A DNA stretch of 64,000 nt. Source: a virus. Of the stretch, positions 37,684 through 57,223 are shown one piece after another (within the stretch, counting starts at the first letter, position 1; each line of letters opens with the position of its first letter). The DNA lies in the IMG/VR virus record IMGVR_UViG_3300028901_000317, positions 10,155 to 74,154 of that record. One strand, given 5' to 3'. The notes beneath the pieces were generated by a model that saw only the letters and a list, made by a program, of their open reading frames with translations, was not told the origin of the DNA and ran no database searches. Made by a program: the position numbers and the translations under genes.

Positions 37684-40068
37684 ATGGCTCGCAGTGTCAC
37701 CTCGACTGACGTGGTATTCGCTCACTCGGCGCCCGAGGGCTCCGGCTTGGCGTGGGAACCGCTCATCGATCATCTTCAGCGGGTCGCAACCGGCCGAGAT
37801 GACTTTCTCGGAGCCGCAGGATTCGCTGCAAAGTTTGATTCACGTGACTGGGGCAACCTCGCGGCGATGTGGCACGATATAGGTAAATACGCGCCACAGT
37901 TCCAAAGCTATCTCCGCAACACCGCGGCCGGAGGACCGCGCGAACGAGTGGACCACTCGACCGCCGGAGCTCTGCTCGCCTGGAACGCCCGAGGCATCCA
38001 TCCGCTCGCGGCCGCGGTCGCGTTCGCAGTCGCCGGCCATCACGCTGGTTTACCAGACTTGGGCAACCTTGCCGACGATGATCAGTCCGGGACCTTGCTT
38101 GCCCGCCTACGCCGGCTGCGACCAGAAACCACTGACGCGATCAAGATGGCACCCGCCGACTTGCTCGGGCTGCCGATCCCAACGCCTCCCGCGTGGATGC
38201 GCACGACCGCGGATCAGACACAACAATCTCTCCGCGACTCGCTCTTCATTCGAATGCTCTTTTCCTGCCTCGTCGACGCCGATCGACTCGCCACCGCCGC
38301 CTACGCCAATCAATGTGCACCACAGTTCGTCCCGTCTCCGATCTCCATCGCGGATCTCGCCAACGCTCTCGATCAGGCCATTACGACACTTTCGCATCGC
38401 CGCCCCGGCGGCCCGACGCCGGTTGACGCCGTCCGCGCCACTCTTCTTGCGGACTGCCGCGACGCCGCCGCGTACCCTCCCGGGCTTTTCTCTCTCGTCG
38501 CCCCGACCGGTGCCGGCAAAACCCTGAGTTCAATGGCCTTCGCGCTCCGGCACGCCCAAACCCACGGCCTCGAACGCATCATCTACGCGCTCCCGTTCAC
38601 CAGCGTCACCGAGCAAAACGCCGCAGTCTTCCGCAACGCGTTCGCATCGCTCGGTCGCGACGACATCGTTATCGAGCACCACTCCGCCTTCGAGTCACGG
38701 GCGTCTGACTCCGCTCAAGAGTCTCGCTCTGCCGATGCCCGCGAGCGCCAGCGCCTCGCCGCCACGGAGAATTGGGATGCGCCCGTGATCGTCACCACCA
38801 ATGTGCAACTGCTCGAATCGCTCTTTGCCGCGGCCGCCACTCCCTGTCGAAAGCTCCATCGGATCGCCCGCAGTGTCGTCATCCTCGACGAGGCACAATC
38901 GCTCCCCGTCGATCTTCTCAAGCCCACACTTGCCGCCCTCCAGGAACTCGCGGCCCATTACTCCACCTCGGTTGTGCTCTGCAGCGCGACCATGCCCGCC
39001 GTGTTCAAGCGTCCCGGCTTCGACATTGGTCTTCCCCCTGGGCTCGTCCGCCCGATCGTCAAAGAGGAGCGTGCGATGAGCGTCGCCCTCCGCCGAGCTC
39101 GCGTTTCACACCTCGCGACCCTCTCTGACGCCGCACTCGTTGATCGCCTCGCCACCCATGATCGGGTGCTGGCGATTGTCAACACTCGCAAACACGCCGC
39201 ACAGGTCTTCAGGCTGCTCCAAGATCGCTACCCCGACGCCCTGCACCTCAGCGCCTCCATGTGCCCCGCGCACCGGTCCGATCGCGTCGCAGAAATCAAG
39301 CGCCGCCTCGCAGATCCGGCCTCGCCGTGCCGCGTCGTCAGCACACAGGTGGTCGAGGCGGGCGTCGATATCGACTTTCCGATCGTGTATCGGGCCATGG
39401 CCGGACTCGATTCCATCGTCCAATCCGCGGGACGATGCAATCGCGAAGGAAAGCTTCCCATCGGCGACGTGTTCACCTTCGACCCCGACCCGATCGAATA
39501 CTCGAAGCGTTCGATCCCGCCGAGCATCCGGCAAGCCATTCAGGCCGCCAATGAAGTGCTCTGCCGCGACGACGCGGAGACAACTGCAGCAGACGCGCCG
39601 CCATCCGATCCGCTCGACCTCGCCACCATCGAGCACTACTTCCGCCAGCTCTACTGGACCAAGGGCGGCCCGGAACCCAAGTGGGACGGCTGGCCGGGGT
39701 CCGACGGCCGGCGTAGCGGCATCACCGAAATGCTCGGCCAGCTCAAGCTCCGATCCGCCGCCGACGCCTACTCCATCATCGACGACGGCGCGACCACCTC
39801 AATCGTGGTCCCCTACACCGCCGAGGGCACAGAACTGTGTCAAACATTACTGGAATCACACAGTTCTGTGGGATTCGTGCCCAAGGCGCTTGTACGCGCT
39901 TCGCAGCGATATACTGTTTCGATCCGACCTTATGTTCTCGAACGCCTCCTGCAGCGAAACGCGTGCATCCAACTTGAAGGGGGACCATGGGTGCTGGTGG
40001 GCAAACCCGGGATGTACGACCTCGACATCGGACTCACCGACTCCGACGACGGTTTATTCATGGCTTGA
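37684..40068 (+). CDS. cas3: Cas3 HD nuclease-helicase
   Basis: HDIGK, GHHAGL, LVDAD, APTGAGKT, DEAQ, QVVEAGVDIDF, QSAGRCNR. Confidence 0.97.
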   Translation: MARSVTSTDVVFAHSAPEGSGLAWEPLIDHLQRVATGRDDFLGAAGFAAKFDSRDWGNLAAMWHDIGKYAPQFQSYLRNTAAGGPRERVDHSTAGALLAWNARGIHPLAAAVAFAVAGHHAGLPDLGNLADDDQSGTLLARLRRLRPETTDAIKMAPADLLGLPIPTPPAWMRTTADQTQQSLRDSLFIRMLFSCLVDADRLATAAYANQCAPQFVPSPISIADLANALDQAITTLSHRRPGGPTPVDAVRATLLADCRDAAAYPPGLFSLVAPTGAGKTLSSMAFALRHAQTHGLERIIYALPFTSVTEQNAAVFRNAFASLGRDDIVIEHHSAFESRASDSAQESRSADARERQRLAATENWDAPVIVTTNVQLLESLFAAAATPCRKLHRIARSVVILDEAQSLPVDLLKPTLAALQELAAHYSTSVVLCSATMPAVFKRPGFDIGLPPGLVRPIVKEERAMSVALRRARVSHLATLSDAALVDRLATHDRVLAIVNTRKHAAQVFRLLQDRYPDALHLSASMCPAHRSDRVAEIKRRLADPASPCRVVSTQVVEAGVDIDFPIVYRAMAGLDSIVQSAGRCNREGKLPIGDVFTFDPDPIEYSKRSIPPSIRQAIQAANEVLCRDDAETTAADAPPSDPLDLATIEHYFRQLYWTKGGPEPKWDGWPGSDGRRSGITEMLGQLKLRSAADAYSIIDDGATTSIVVPYTAEGTELCQTLLESHSSVGFVPKALVRASQRYTVSIRPYVLERLLQRNACIQLEGGPWVLVGKPGMYDLDIGLTDSDDGLFMA

Positions 40069-40320
40069 CGACAAACTCCGATTCGCCGTCGGACCTGCCA
40101 TTCTGCACGGATTGCCCGCCGAGCGATTTCCCGCCGGGCGGGCATGGTTGTGCGTTTCACACAGATCAGGTTTCAATCCGCACGGCGCTCGGGCATTCCG
40201 CTCGCCGTGACGCAAGAACTTTGGGCCGTCTTTGCGCGAGCCGTTGACGGCGAGAAGGCCACAGATTATCGTCATTCCTGATATGTGTCAACTGAACGGC
40301 ACACAGGCAGGAGTAGGGAC

Positions 40321-40548
40321 ATGCATAACTCCCGAGTCATTCAGATTCTGACTGATCTCATCGCCACTCTTCCGCCACTCGATCAACTTCCTTATACGCC
40401 GGATTTTGACCACGCCCACGCAATTCTTGAACAACGGCTCGCGCACCCGTATCCCAAGGCTGATGCGTGGCGAGCCATGCTCTACGTTCGCAAGTCGGGA
40501 CGCAGCCGCGCGCGCTTGCGCAAACCCTTTCGGAGAACCCACCCATGA
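40321..40548 (+). CDS. Small hypothetical protein (75 aa) translationally coupled to cas5
   Basis: AGGAG RBS before ATG 40321; stop overlaps the cas5 start (ATGA); LDQLPYTPDFD...WRAMLYVRKSG. Confidence 0.6.
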   Translation: MHNSRVIQILTDLIATLPPLDQLPYTPDFDHAHAILEQRLAHPYPKADAWRAMLYVRKSGRSRARLRKPFRRTHP

Positions 40549-41312
40549 GTTTCGGTATCCGTCTCCGCGTCCACGGCCCGCTCGCGTGCTTCACACGACC
40601 GGAAATGAAGGCCGAGCGCGTCTCCTACGACGTCATTACTCCATCCGCGGCCAAGGGCATCATCGAGGCCATCTACTGGAAGCCTCAAATCCGCTGGGTC
40701 GTCGATCGCATCCACGTCCTGCGCCCCATCCGCTTCACCAGCCTCCGCCGCAATGAGGTCGGCTCTAAGGTCACCGTCAAGGGTGCGACGGGCGCACTCA
40801 GCGCCATGGAGTCCGGCTCCGGCTCGCTCGGCATTTTCATCGAAGAGGATCGCCAGCAACGCGCCGGCACCATCCTCCGAGACGTCGAGTACGTCATCGA
40901 TGCCCACTTCGACATTCTCGACCACACCGACTCCGCCGGCTCGCCCCTCTCCACCGACCAAGCCGCCGCCAAGCACCTCGACCAGTTCAACCGTCGCCTT
41001 GCCGCCGGCCAGTGCTTTCACCAACCCTCGCTCGGCTGTCGCGAGTTCGTGTGCGCCTTTGAACCCGTCGACTCGGCCCTTCCCCTCCGCTCGCTGACGG
41101 CGCCCGATGAGTCTTTCTACGGCTCGGACGCCGCCACGCGGGACCTGGGCTTCATGCTTCACACCATCGACTATCGCCCCGACCCGGATGGTGAGATCAT
41201 CGAAGGCTCGCGTGGCAGGCGGGTCACCGCCGTCCCGCACTTCTTCCGAGCCCTCATGACCCGCGGGGTGATCAACGTTCCTCCACCGAACCACCCGGAG
41301 GTGCGCTCATGA
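40545..41312 (+). CDS. cas5: Type I-C Cas5 (Cas5d)
   Basis: GPLACFTRPEMKAERVSYDVITPSAAKGIIEAIYWKP; PSLGCREF; start at MSFGI. Confidence 0.96.
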   Translation: MSFGIRLRVHGPLACFTRPEMKAERVSYDVITPSAAKGIIEAIYWKPQIRWVVDRIHVLRPIRFTSLRRNEVGSKVTVKGATGALSAMESGSGSLGIFIEEDRQQRAGTILRDVEYVIDAHFDILDHTDSAGSPLSTDQAAAKHLDQFNRRLAAGQCFHQPSLGCREFVCAFEPVDSALPLRSLTAPDESFYGSDAATRDLGFMLHTIDYRPDPDGEIIEGSRGRRVTAVPHFFRALMTRGVINVPPPNHPEVRS

Positions 41313-43135
41313 TCCTGCCCGCCCTTGTGTCTCTCTACGACCGCCGCGCCTCCGAAGGGGACGAAAGCCTCGCGCCCGCCGGCTACAGCCGGCAGAACAT
41401 CAGCTTCGCGGTTGTTCTGAACAAGAACGGCACGCTCCACACCTTTGAACCCCGATTCGTTGAGACGCAGCGCGAGGTCACGAAGAAAGTCAAAGGCAAA
41501 CCCGTGACTGAGCTCAAGTCCGAGCAGCGTCACGAAAAACTTCTCGTTCTCGGCGCAAGCAAGCCCTCCGGCAGCGGGCTCAACCCCTGCTTCCTCTGGG
41601 ATAACGCCGCCTACATGCTCGGCTTCAAACCCGACGATCCCAAGCCCGCACGCACCCGAGAATCCTTCAAGGCCTTCCGCGATCGCCATCTCGCCCTCGC
41701 TTCGCAGATCAAGGACGATGGCTTCAAGGCCGTTTGCAAGTTTCTCGAATCCTGGGATCCCAAAGACGCCAAGAACCACGACCTCGCCGAACTTACCGGC
41801 GCGTTCGGCGTCTTTCGCCTAAAGGCCGAGCAGCTTCTCGTCCACGACTCTCCGGCCGTCCGCGAATGGTGGGATGCCAATCGCCCGCGCGATGACGAAG
41901 ACGCCGACGCCCCCAAAGTGCCTTCGCTCACCACCGGCGCCCCAGCGCTCATCGCTCGCCTCCACCAGCCCATGATCAAGCCGGTCTTCGGCGCACAATC
42001 CTCCGGCGCGGCGATCGTCTCCTTCAACCAGCCCGCGTTCGAATCCTTCGCCAAATCACAGGGCGAAAACGCCCCCGTCGCCGCCCAGGACGCCTTCAAG
42101 TACTGCACCGCGCTCAACCTCCTCGTCGGCGATGACCGCCATCGCACCCGCATCGGCGCGGACACCTACGTCTATTGGGCCGACGAAGGCCGGGGCGGGC
42201 CCGAGGCCGTCGGCCTCATGGGCATCTCCCTCAACTCCGCCGCCGTCACGCCCCAACTTCAGACCATGTGGGACAAGTTCCGCGCCGGCCTCCCCATCAA
42301 GGAACTCGACACCTCCTCCACACCGTTCTACATCCTCGGCCTTGCGCCCAACATGTCGCGCCTCAGCGTCCGCCTCTGGCTCGTCTCCACCGTCTCCGAA
42401 ATCGCATCCCGCTTCCGAGCCCACGCCGACGCCTGCCGCATCGAGCCAGTGCCCGACGACTCGGACACGCCCACCGTCCGCCAACTCGTCGCCGAGACCT
42501 GTCCGCCCAAAGGCGGCTTCGCCGATACCGATCGCCTCACACCCAATCTCACATCAGAACTCATCCGCGCCATCATGCTCGGCACGCCTTACCCGTGCCG
42601 CCTCTTCTCCGCCATGCTCGATCGCGTCCGCATCGAAGGCGTCGCCGACGCCTCAACCCGCAACGACTACCGCGCGGCCCAGTTCCGCCGCTGCGCCATG
42701 CTCCGTGCTTTCCTCATCCGCAACGCCAAGATGGAGGTTCCCGTGGCCCTCGACCCCAACCGTTCCGACACCCCGTATCTGCTCGGCCGCCTCTTCGCCA
42801 TCCTCGAACACACCCAGAGAAACGCCGCGGGAATCAACCTCAACCGCACCATCAAGGATTCCTCGTTCGGTGCCGCCCTCGCGACGCCCGCCGCGATCTT
42901 CCCACGTCTCATCAAACTCTCCAACCACCACCTCAACAAGATCGAGTTCGCCGGCCAACGCACCAAGCGCGAAAAAGAACTCGGCGAAGTCCTCGGTGCC
43001 ATGACCGACTTCCCCCGCACGCTCGGCCTCGAAGACCAAGGCCTCTTCGCCATCGGCTACTACCACCAGCGACAGTTCTACTTCACCGCCAAGCCCGAGA
43101 ACAGCGCCGACGCCGCGACCGCATCCGCCAACTAA
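41309..43135 (+). CDS. cas8c: Type I-C Cas8c (Csd1)
   Basis: [59 protein letters not shown]. Confidence 0.95.
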   Translation: MILPALVSLYDRRASEGDESLAPAGYSRQNISFAVVLNKNGTLHTFEPRFVETQREVTKKVKGKPVTELKSEQRHEKLLVLGASKPSGSGLNPCFLWDNAAYMLGFKPDDPKPARTRESFKAFRDRHLALASQIKDDGFKAVCKFLESWDPKDAKNHDLAELTGAFGVFRLKAEQLLVHDSPAVREWWDANRPRDDEDADAPKVPSLTTGAPALIARLHQPMIKPVFGAQSSGAAIVSFNQPAFESFAKSQGENAPVAAQDAFKYCTALNLLVGDDRHRTRIGADTYVYWADEGRGGPEAVGLMGISLNSAAVTPQLQTMWDKFRAGLPIKELDTSSTPFYILGLAPNMSRLSVRLWLVSTVSEIASRFRAHADACRIEPVPDDSDTPTVRQLVAETCPPKGGFADTDRLTPNLTSELIRAIMLGTPYPCRLFSAMLDRVRIEGVADASTRNDYRAAQFRRCAMLRAFLIRNAKMEVPVALDPNRSDTPYLLGRLFAILEHTQRNAAGINLNRTIKDSSFGAALATPAAIFPRLIKLSNHHLNKIEFAGQRTKREKELGEVLGAMTDFPRTLGLEDQGLFAIGYYHQRQFYFTAKPENSADAATASAN

Positions 43136-43184
43136 CCGACCGCTCCCACCTCGTTCCACCATCCACCTTCCGAGGAGTCCACCA

Positions 43185-44120
43185 ATGCCCAAGACCGCCA
43201 CCTCCGCCATCCAGCATCGTTACGACATCGTCTACTTCTTCGACGTGACCGACGGCAACCCCAACGGCGACCCCGACGCCGGCAACCTCCCGCGCGTCGA
43301 CCCCGAGACCCAGCACGGCCTCGTCACCGATGTCTGCCTGAAACGCAAGATTCGCAACTACGTCGCCATGAAGCACAACGGCGAGCCTCCCTTCGAAATC
43401 TACGTCAAGGAAAAAGCGGTCCTGAATGAACAACATGCACGCGCCTATACCGCGAAGAAGATCAAGCCCGGTGACGCTGCCGCCACCAAGGACGCCGACA
43501 AAGCCAGGTCCCTCACCGCCTGGATGTGCCAGAACTTCTTCGACATCCGCGCCTTCGGCGCAGTCATGAGCACCGAGGTCAACTGTGGCCAGGTCCGCGG
43601 ACCCATCCAGGCTGCCATCGCTCGCAGCGTCCATCCAATTTTCACCCAAGAGCACGCCGTCACCCGCTGCGCCGTCACTACCACCAAGGAATCCGAAAAT
43701 CAATCCGGCGGCAACCGCACCATGGGGCGCAAGTTCACGCTCCCCTACGCCCTCTACCGCACCAGCATCTTCATCAACCCGCTCCTCGCCGACCCCGACC
43801 GCCACGGCACAGGGTTCAACAACGACGACCTCGACCTCGTCAAAGAAGCACTCTCCGGCATGTTCGATGTTGATCGCTCCGCGTCGCGCGGCGTCATGTC
43901 CCCTGTGCGCTGCTTCGCGTTCCGCCACGACAACCCTCTGGGCAACGCCCGCGCCGCGGACCTTTTCTCGCGCGTGACCTGTCAACCTGTCACCGGCGTC
44001 GCAATGACGCCTGAATCCGCCGCCCAGGGCAACCGCCCGCCGCGCTCGGCCGCTGACTTTGCCATCGCGCTCAACGATGCCAAGCTTCCCGCCGGTGTCA
44101 CTGTCGAACAGTGGTTGTGA
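43185..44120 (+). CDS. cas7: Type I-C Cas7 (Csd2)
   Basis: [48 protein letters not shown]. Confidence 0.97.
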   Translation: MPKTATSAIQHRYDIVYFFDVTDGNPNGDPDAGNLPRVDPETQHGLVTDVCLKRKIRNYVAMKHNGEPPFEIYVKEKAVLNEQHARAYTAKKIKPGDAAATKDADKARSLTAWMCQNFFDIRAFGAVMSTEVNCGQVRGPIQAAIARSVHPIFTQEHAVTRCAVTTTKESENQSGGNRTMGRKFTLPYALYRTSIFINPLLADPDRHGTGFNNDDLDLVKEALSGMFDVDRSASRGVMSPVRCFAFRHDNPLGNARAADLFSRVTCQPVTGVAMTPESAAQGNRPPRSAADFAIALNDAKLPAGVTVEQWL

Positions 44121-44189
44121 CGCCTCGACGCTTTCGATTCGAGCGGCCCGGCAGACATCGCCGGGCTGCTCGGCTATCCGGAGAGTGCC

Positions 44190-44921
44190 GTGACCGATCT
44201 CATCCCCATCTCCGCCCTTCAGCACTTCGTCTTCTGCCCACGACAGTGCGCCCTCATCCACATTGAGGGCGCGTGGGCCGAGAATCGACTCACCGTCGAA
44301 GGCTCGCTCATGCACGCCCGCGCCCACGCCGACCACCTCGGCCCACGCGGCGGCGGCCGCTCCACCTCTCGTCCCCGCGCCTCCACCGACTCCGACGACG
44401 CCCCGCCGGCCATCATCCGCACCGTCCGCGCCCTTGCCCTTGTCAGCGAATCGCTCGGCATCATCGGCAAGGCCGACGTCGTCGAGTTCCATGAAACTCC
44501 CATCGATCACTCGCCCGCCGCCCCACAAACTCATCGTCACGTCCGAGGCACGCCGTACCCCATCGAATACAAACGCGGCCGTCCCAAACGCCACGACGCG
44601 GACTTGGTCCAACTCTGCGCCCAGGCCCTCTGCCTCGAGGAAATGCTCGCCCTGCCGCCCGGCACGATCGCCCACGGGGCCATCTTCTACGCCCGCACCA
44701 AGCACCGGCTTGTTGTTCCGATCGACGCGGCGCTCCGCGACCGCACCCGCGCCGTCATCCATGCCTGCCGCGCGATGCTCAACGCCGGCGTGCTTCCCCG
44801 CATCTCCCGCCAACCCAAGTGCAAACGCTGCTCGCTCGTCAACATCTGTCTGCCCGAGGCCACCGGGCCTTCGGTCTCGGCCTCACAGTTTGTCAATCGC
44901 CACACCACGTCGCCCTCCTGA
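44190..44921 (+). CDS. cas4: Cas4
   Basis: ISALQHFVFCPRQCAL, GKADVVE, PIEYKRG, QLCAQALCLEEM, CKRCSLVNIC. Confidence 0.95.
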   Translation: MTDLIPISALQHFVFCPRQCALIHIEGAWAENRLTVEGSLMHARAHADHLGPRGGGRSTSRPRASTDSDDAPPAIIRTVRALALVSESLGIIGKADVVEFHETPIDHSPAAPQTHRHVRGTPYPIEYKRGRPKRHDADLVQLCAQALCLEEMLALPPGTIAHGAIFYARTKHRLVVPIDAALRDRTRAVIHACRAMLNAGVLPRISRQPKCKRCSLVNICLPEATGPSVSASQFVNRHTTSPS

Positions 44922-44943
44922 GCCGCAACTGGTCACTGCGCCA

Positions 44944-45978
44944 ATGAAGCACCACCTCAACACCCTCTTCGTCTTCACCCAAGACGCCTACCTCGCCAAA
45001 GAAGGCGAAACCATCGCCGTCCGCGTCGACGGCGACGTGAAACTCCGCCTCCCCGTCCACAACCTGGGCGGCGTCGTCTGCTTCGGACTTGTGGGCATGA
45101 GTCCGCGCTGCATGGCCATGTGCGCCGAGCACGGCGTCACTGTCACATTCTGCTCCGAGCACGGCGGATTCCTCGCTCGCTGCTCCGGCTTCACCCCGGG
45201 CAACGTCCTGCTCCGCCGTACCCAGTATCGCTGGGCCGATGATTCCCTCCGCACGACTGAAGTCTGCCGCGGCATTGTCCTAGGCAAACTTGTCAACGCC
45301 CGGACCACGCTCCTCCGTGCCGCCCGCGAAGCTCCGGTCGCGTCGCCCGCTGCCGATCACCTTTCAGCGGCCGCCGCACGCTTTACCGACTCCATCGCCG
45401 CGGCTCGCGTCGCCTCGAACACCGACTCCCTCCGCGGGATCGAGGGCGACGCCGCCAACACCTACTTCTCCGTCTTCCAAGACATGATCCGCTCCGCCTC
45501 GCCTGCCTTTGTGTTTGAAGGCCGCACGCGCCGCCCCCCTTTGGACCGCGTCAACTGCCTGCTCTCATTTCTATACGCCATGCTCGCGCATGACGCTCGT
45601 GCCGCCTGCGAATCCTGCGGCCTCGACGCCGCCGTCGGCTTTCTCCACGTCGATCGTCCCGGCCGCCCCAGCCTCGCCCTCGACCTGATGGAAGAGTTCC
45701 GCTCCCCACTCGTTGATCGCCTGGTCCTCAGCCTCATCAACCTCGGACAGGTGAAGCCGCAGGGCTTTACCGCTACCGCATCGGGTGCCGTCGAGCTGAA
45801 CGAACCCACGCGCAAGGAAGTCGTCGCTGCTTATCAACGCCGCAAGCAAGAAACGATCACGCACGCCTTCCTCAACGAGAAAACCACCGTCGGCTTGCTC
45901 ATCCACCTCCAAGCCCGCCTCCTCGCCCGATTCATTCGCGGCGATCTCGATGCCTATCCACCTTGTCTATGGAAGTAG
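44944..45978 (+). CDS. cas1: Type I-C Cas1
   Basis: MKHHLNTLFV, GNVLLRRTQY, LRGIEGDAA, NCLLSFLY, GRPSLALDLMEEFR; true start at 44944, not 44263. Confidence 0.97.
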   Translation: MKHHLNTLFVFTQDAYLAKEGETIAVRVDGDVKLRLPVHNLGGVVCFGLVGMSPRCMAMCAEHGVTVTFCSEHGGFLARCSGFTPGNVLLRRTQYRWADDSLRTTEVCRGIVLGKLVNARTTLLRAAREAPVASPAADHLSAAAARFTDSIAAARVASNTDSLRGIEGDAANTYFSVFQDMIRSASPAFVFEGRTRRPPLDRVNCLLSFLYAMLAHDARAACESCGLDAAVGFLHVDRPGRPSLALDLMEEFRSPLVDRLVLSLINLGQVKPQGFTATASGAVELNEPTRKEVVAAYQRRKQETITHAFLNEKTTVGLLIHLQARLLARFIRGDLDAYPPCLWK

Positions 45979-46023
45979 CAACTTCGAGGCCGCCGAGCCA
46001 CGATCCTTGAATTGAACGCACTC

Positions 46024-46314
46024 ATGTACGTCCTAGTCACCTATGATGTTTCCACGCAGACCGCTGAGGGCAAGCGCCGTCTCTCCCGCGTCGCCAAAGT
46101 CTGCCTCAACAAGGGCCAGCGTGTTCAGAACTCGGTATTTGAATGCCTCGTCGATCCTGCACAGTTCGCTGCGCTCAAGGCTGAGTTGCTTCAGTTGATC
46201 GATCCTCAGACAGACAGTGTCCGTTTCTACATGCTCGGCGCCAACTACAAACATCGAATCGAGCACTACGGGGCCAAACCATCGCTTGACATCGACGGCC
46301 CGCTCTTCGCGTGA
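46024..46314 (+). CDS. cas2: Cas2
   Basis: MYVLVTYDV...RVAKVC...QRVQNSVFEC...DSVRFY. Confidence 0.96.
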   Translation: MYVLVTYDVSTQTAEGKRRLSRVAKVCLNKGQRVQNSVFECLVDPAQFAALKAELLQLIDPQTDSVRFYMLGANYKHRIEHYGAKPSLDIDGPLFA

Positions 46315-46538
46315 AAGGGAAGGACGCTTCCGTCGGTGGCGTGTTCCGCCCCAGAGGCGATCGCGGACCCCGAGCGCTCGCTGTGAAGCCGTTGGGTTCG
46401 CGACACGCGTAAATCGCTCATTGACAAATAAATACGGTTGAATGCTCAAAGGTCGTTCAAACGAGAGATGGCGTGTTTGCCCGGTTCGCGGGTCGACAAC
46501 TACAACCTTATGATTCGCCTACATTTACGACCGAAGCG
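46315..46538 (+). promoter_or_regulatory. CRISPR leader
   Basis: Non-coding, relatively AT-rich stretch between cas2 and the first repeat, containing TTGACA and GGTTCGC motifs; repeat degeneration is at the opposite end of the array. Confidence 0.75.
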
Positions 46539-54898
<8,360 letters not shown>

Positions 54899-55365
54899 CC
54901 TAGGGTTTGTTACCGTAGGCCCCAGTTCTTGGCGGTCGATTCGCTCGTTCGAAATACTATCACGCCCAGTGTAAATTACCATAACCCGCTTGCACGAGTT
55001 CCTTTGTGGTCACTGGAACGACATCACCATTCTCGAGTCACCTGTTCTGTTCTTCCACCGGCGAACGTCTCGCGCACCGAGCGGCGTGCGGCGGTTCTAG
55101 CGGCGTTTAAGCTCATGGATACCATGCGTTTGGCCACCGTCGGGTGCCAGGCTTCGCTCGCCGACGCTCAATGATCCCAATCGTGGGGAGCGAGGTTGCG
55201 CACGCGGCGGGGTACCTATCGTCGGCGGCCTTGCCCTGGATGTCGTCGGAAACCCAAGCACACCGGGCTCGCAATCGCAGCGCAACCTCCCCTCATGTGA
55301 AGACTCCGGTCGGAGGCACCTCTCGGCTCGTTGCCGGTGGGTGCAATCCGATGGAGTCCTTCACC

Positions 55366-56940
55366 ATGGCCAAGGCCAAGCGTTCGCAGCGTTCGCAAGC
55401 GTCAGCACCCACCACCAGCGGTTCGAGTTCCCTCCGCATCGAGACCATCCCGGTCTCGCAGATCAACCCCGCGCCGTACAACCCCCGCGTCGCGCTCACA
55501 CCGGGCGATCCGGAATACCAGAAGCTCGCCCGCTCGCTGGACGAGTTCGGTCTGGTGGAGCCCCTGGTGTGGAACCGTCGCACCGGGGCACTGGTCGGCG
55601 GGCACCAGCGGTTCGCGGTGCTGGTGGCGCAGGGCAAGAGCGAGATCCCGGTCAGCGTGGTCGACCTGCCCGTCGAGCGCGAGAAGGCCCTCAACCTCGC
55701 GCTCAACAAGATCACCGGCCGCTGGGATGAGGACAAGCTCGCCCAGTTGCTCCACGACCTCTCGACCGTGCCCGACTTTGATCTTGCAATCACGGGATTC
55801 GAGCTGCCCGAGGCCAGGTCGCTGATCGCCGAGCATCTGTTGGCGATGGGCGGCGATGGTGATGACGGCTTTGACGTGGAAGCGGCGCTCGCCGCAGCGG
55901 CTCCGACTGTCACCAAACCCGGTGACCTCATTCTGCTGGGCCGCGATCCGCGGACCCAGCACCGCCTGCTCTGCGGCGACAGCACGAATCCCGAGGACGT
56001 GCGCCGGCTCATGAACGGTGAACGCGCGGCTCTCTTCGCCACCGATCCCCCGTACTTGGTCGGGTACGACGGCACCAACCACGTCACCAGCAAGGCCAAC
56101 CGCCGCAAGATGGCGGTGAGGAAGTTGTCCAATCCCGCGGGCAAGACCGAGGCCCACAAGGACTGGTCGGGCACGTACGGCATTACCTGGGACGATGCCG
56201 ATGCGAACCCCGATCTGTATGACAAGTTCTGCACTGTGGCGATCGCGGAAGCGATCCACCCCAACGCGGCGTGGTATTGCTGGTATGCCAGCAGTCGGCA
56301 CAGCATGCTCGAAGCGGTGTGGAAGAAGCACGGCGTCTTGGCGCACTGCCAGATCATCTGGGCCAAGAACCGCCCCATCCTCACACGCTCGTGGTACACG
56401 TGGCAGCATGAACCGTGCCTGATGAGTTGGCTGCAGGGCAAGAAGCCCCACCGAGCGGACAAAACAGTGCTGTCGACGTTGTGGCAAGTGCCGACGCTGG
56501 CGACGGGGCCGGATCGGCCTGATCATCCGACTCCCAAGCCCCTGGAACTCTTCGAGACCCCGATCCGCCAGCATACGCGCGGCGGGGACATCTGCTACGA
56601 GCCCTTCGCGGGGTCGGGGACCCAGATCATGGCCGCGCAGCGGCTGGGTCGGCGCTGCTACGCGATGGAGATCAGCCCGCGGTACATCGACGTGATCGTG
56701 CGGCGGTTCATCGCCGCGGCCGGGGCTGATGCCGTCAGCCCGGAGATTGCCAAGAAGTACCGGCCGGTCCCGGACGATTCGGTCGCCGCAGCCTCCCGGC
56801 GCGGGAGGTCTCCGAAGGTCTCCCCAACGCCCGGGGCAGCAGTATCCGAAGCGCAACTGACCGACCAACCACCCAAGCCCGGGGCGGCCAAGTCGACTTG
56901 CGCAAGCCTGCCGACGCCGCCGATGGCCAAGGCCGGGTGA
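55366..56940 (+). CDS. ParB-like domain + DNA methyltransferase, copy B
   Basis: Same motifs as copy A and near-identical over most of its length; start at MAKAK after GGAG. Confidence 0.88.
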   Translation: MAKAKRSQRSQASAPTTSGSSSLRIETIPVSQINPAPYNPRVALTPGDPEYQKLARSLDEFGLVEPLVWNRRTGALVGGHQRFAVLVAQGKSEIPVSVVDLPVEREKALNLALNKITGRWDEDKLAQLLHDLSTVPDFDLAITGFELPEARSLIAEHLLAMGGDGDDGFDVEAALAAAAPTVTKPGDLILLGRDPRTQHRLLCGDSTNPEDVRRLMNGERAALFATDPPYLVGYDGTNHVTSKANRRKMAVRKLSNPAGKTEAHKDWSGTYGITWDDADANPDLYDKFCTVAIAEAIHPNAAWYCWYASSRHSMLEAVWKKHGVLAHCQIIWAKNRPILTRSWYTWQHEPCLMSWLQGKKPHRADKTVLSTLWQVPTLATGPDRPDHPTPKPLELFETPIRQHTRGGDICYEPFAGSGTQIMAAQRLGRRCYAMEISPRYIDVIVRRFIAAAGADAVSPEIAKKYRPVPDDSVAAASRRGRSPKVSPTPGAAVSEAQLTDQPPKPGAAKSTCASLPTPPMAKAG

Positions 56941-57223
56941 CACCGCGCGTCGGCTGTCTGCCACCGTGGATGTCGGCGGGGGAGGCGAAGAAACCCTCCC
57001 TTCTCCACAGTCGCGGGGCCGGCGCCGACGTGAGCGCAACTGGACACGTTGGAAAGACTGGCCGTGAACACCAGGCCGCGCACCCCACGGTGACTGGGCG
57101 CGGCGGGACCGACGAGTCCCGCCCGCCCAGTCACCCGAGGGTGGTTCAAGCCGCGGTTGGTGGGCCGTGACCCAGAGTCTTTGGCACTCGCATGTCCGTG
57201 ATGAATTAGAAAGAGGTGGCCCC
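56941..57223 (+). other. Conserved structured non-coding spacer, copy B
   Basis: Hairpin GGTGACTGGGCG-C-GGCGGGAC-N6-GTCCCGCC-CGCCCAGTCACC at 57089-57135. Confidence 0.55.

Noticed and set aside
40265-40291. Minus-strand TTGACA...GATAAT resembling the promoter at 7510-7538
   Set aside because: Spacing is 15 nt and it points antisense into cas3; not supportable as a promoter.
44263-44943. Long N-terminal extension of cas1 in the ORF track
   Set aside because: It overlaps cas4 in another frame; Cas1 similarity starts at MKHHLN (44944).
54899-55293. Possible gene remnant between the array trailer and the copy-B leader
   Set aside because: Only short open frames with no recognisable motif; the upstream-extended methylase start at 55144 is not conserved in copy A.
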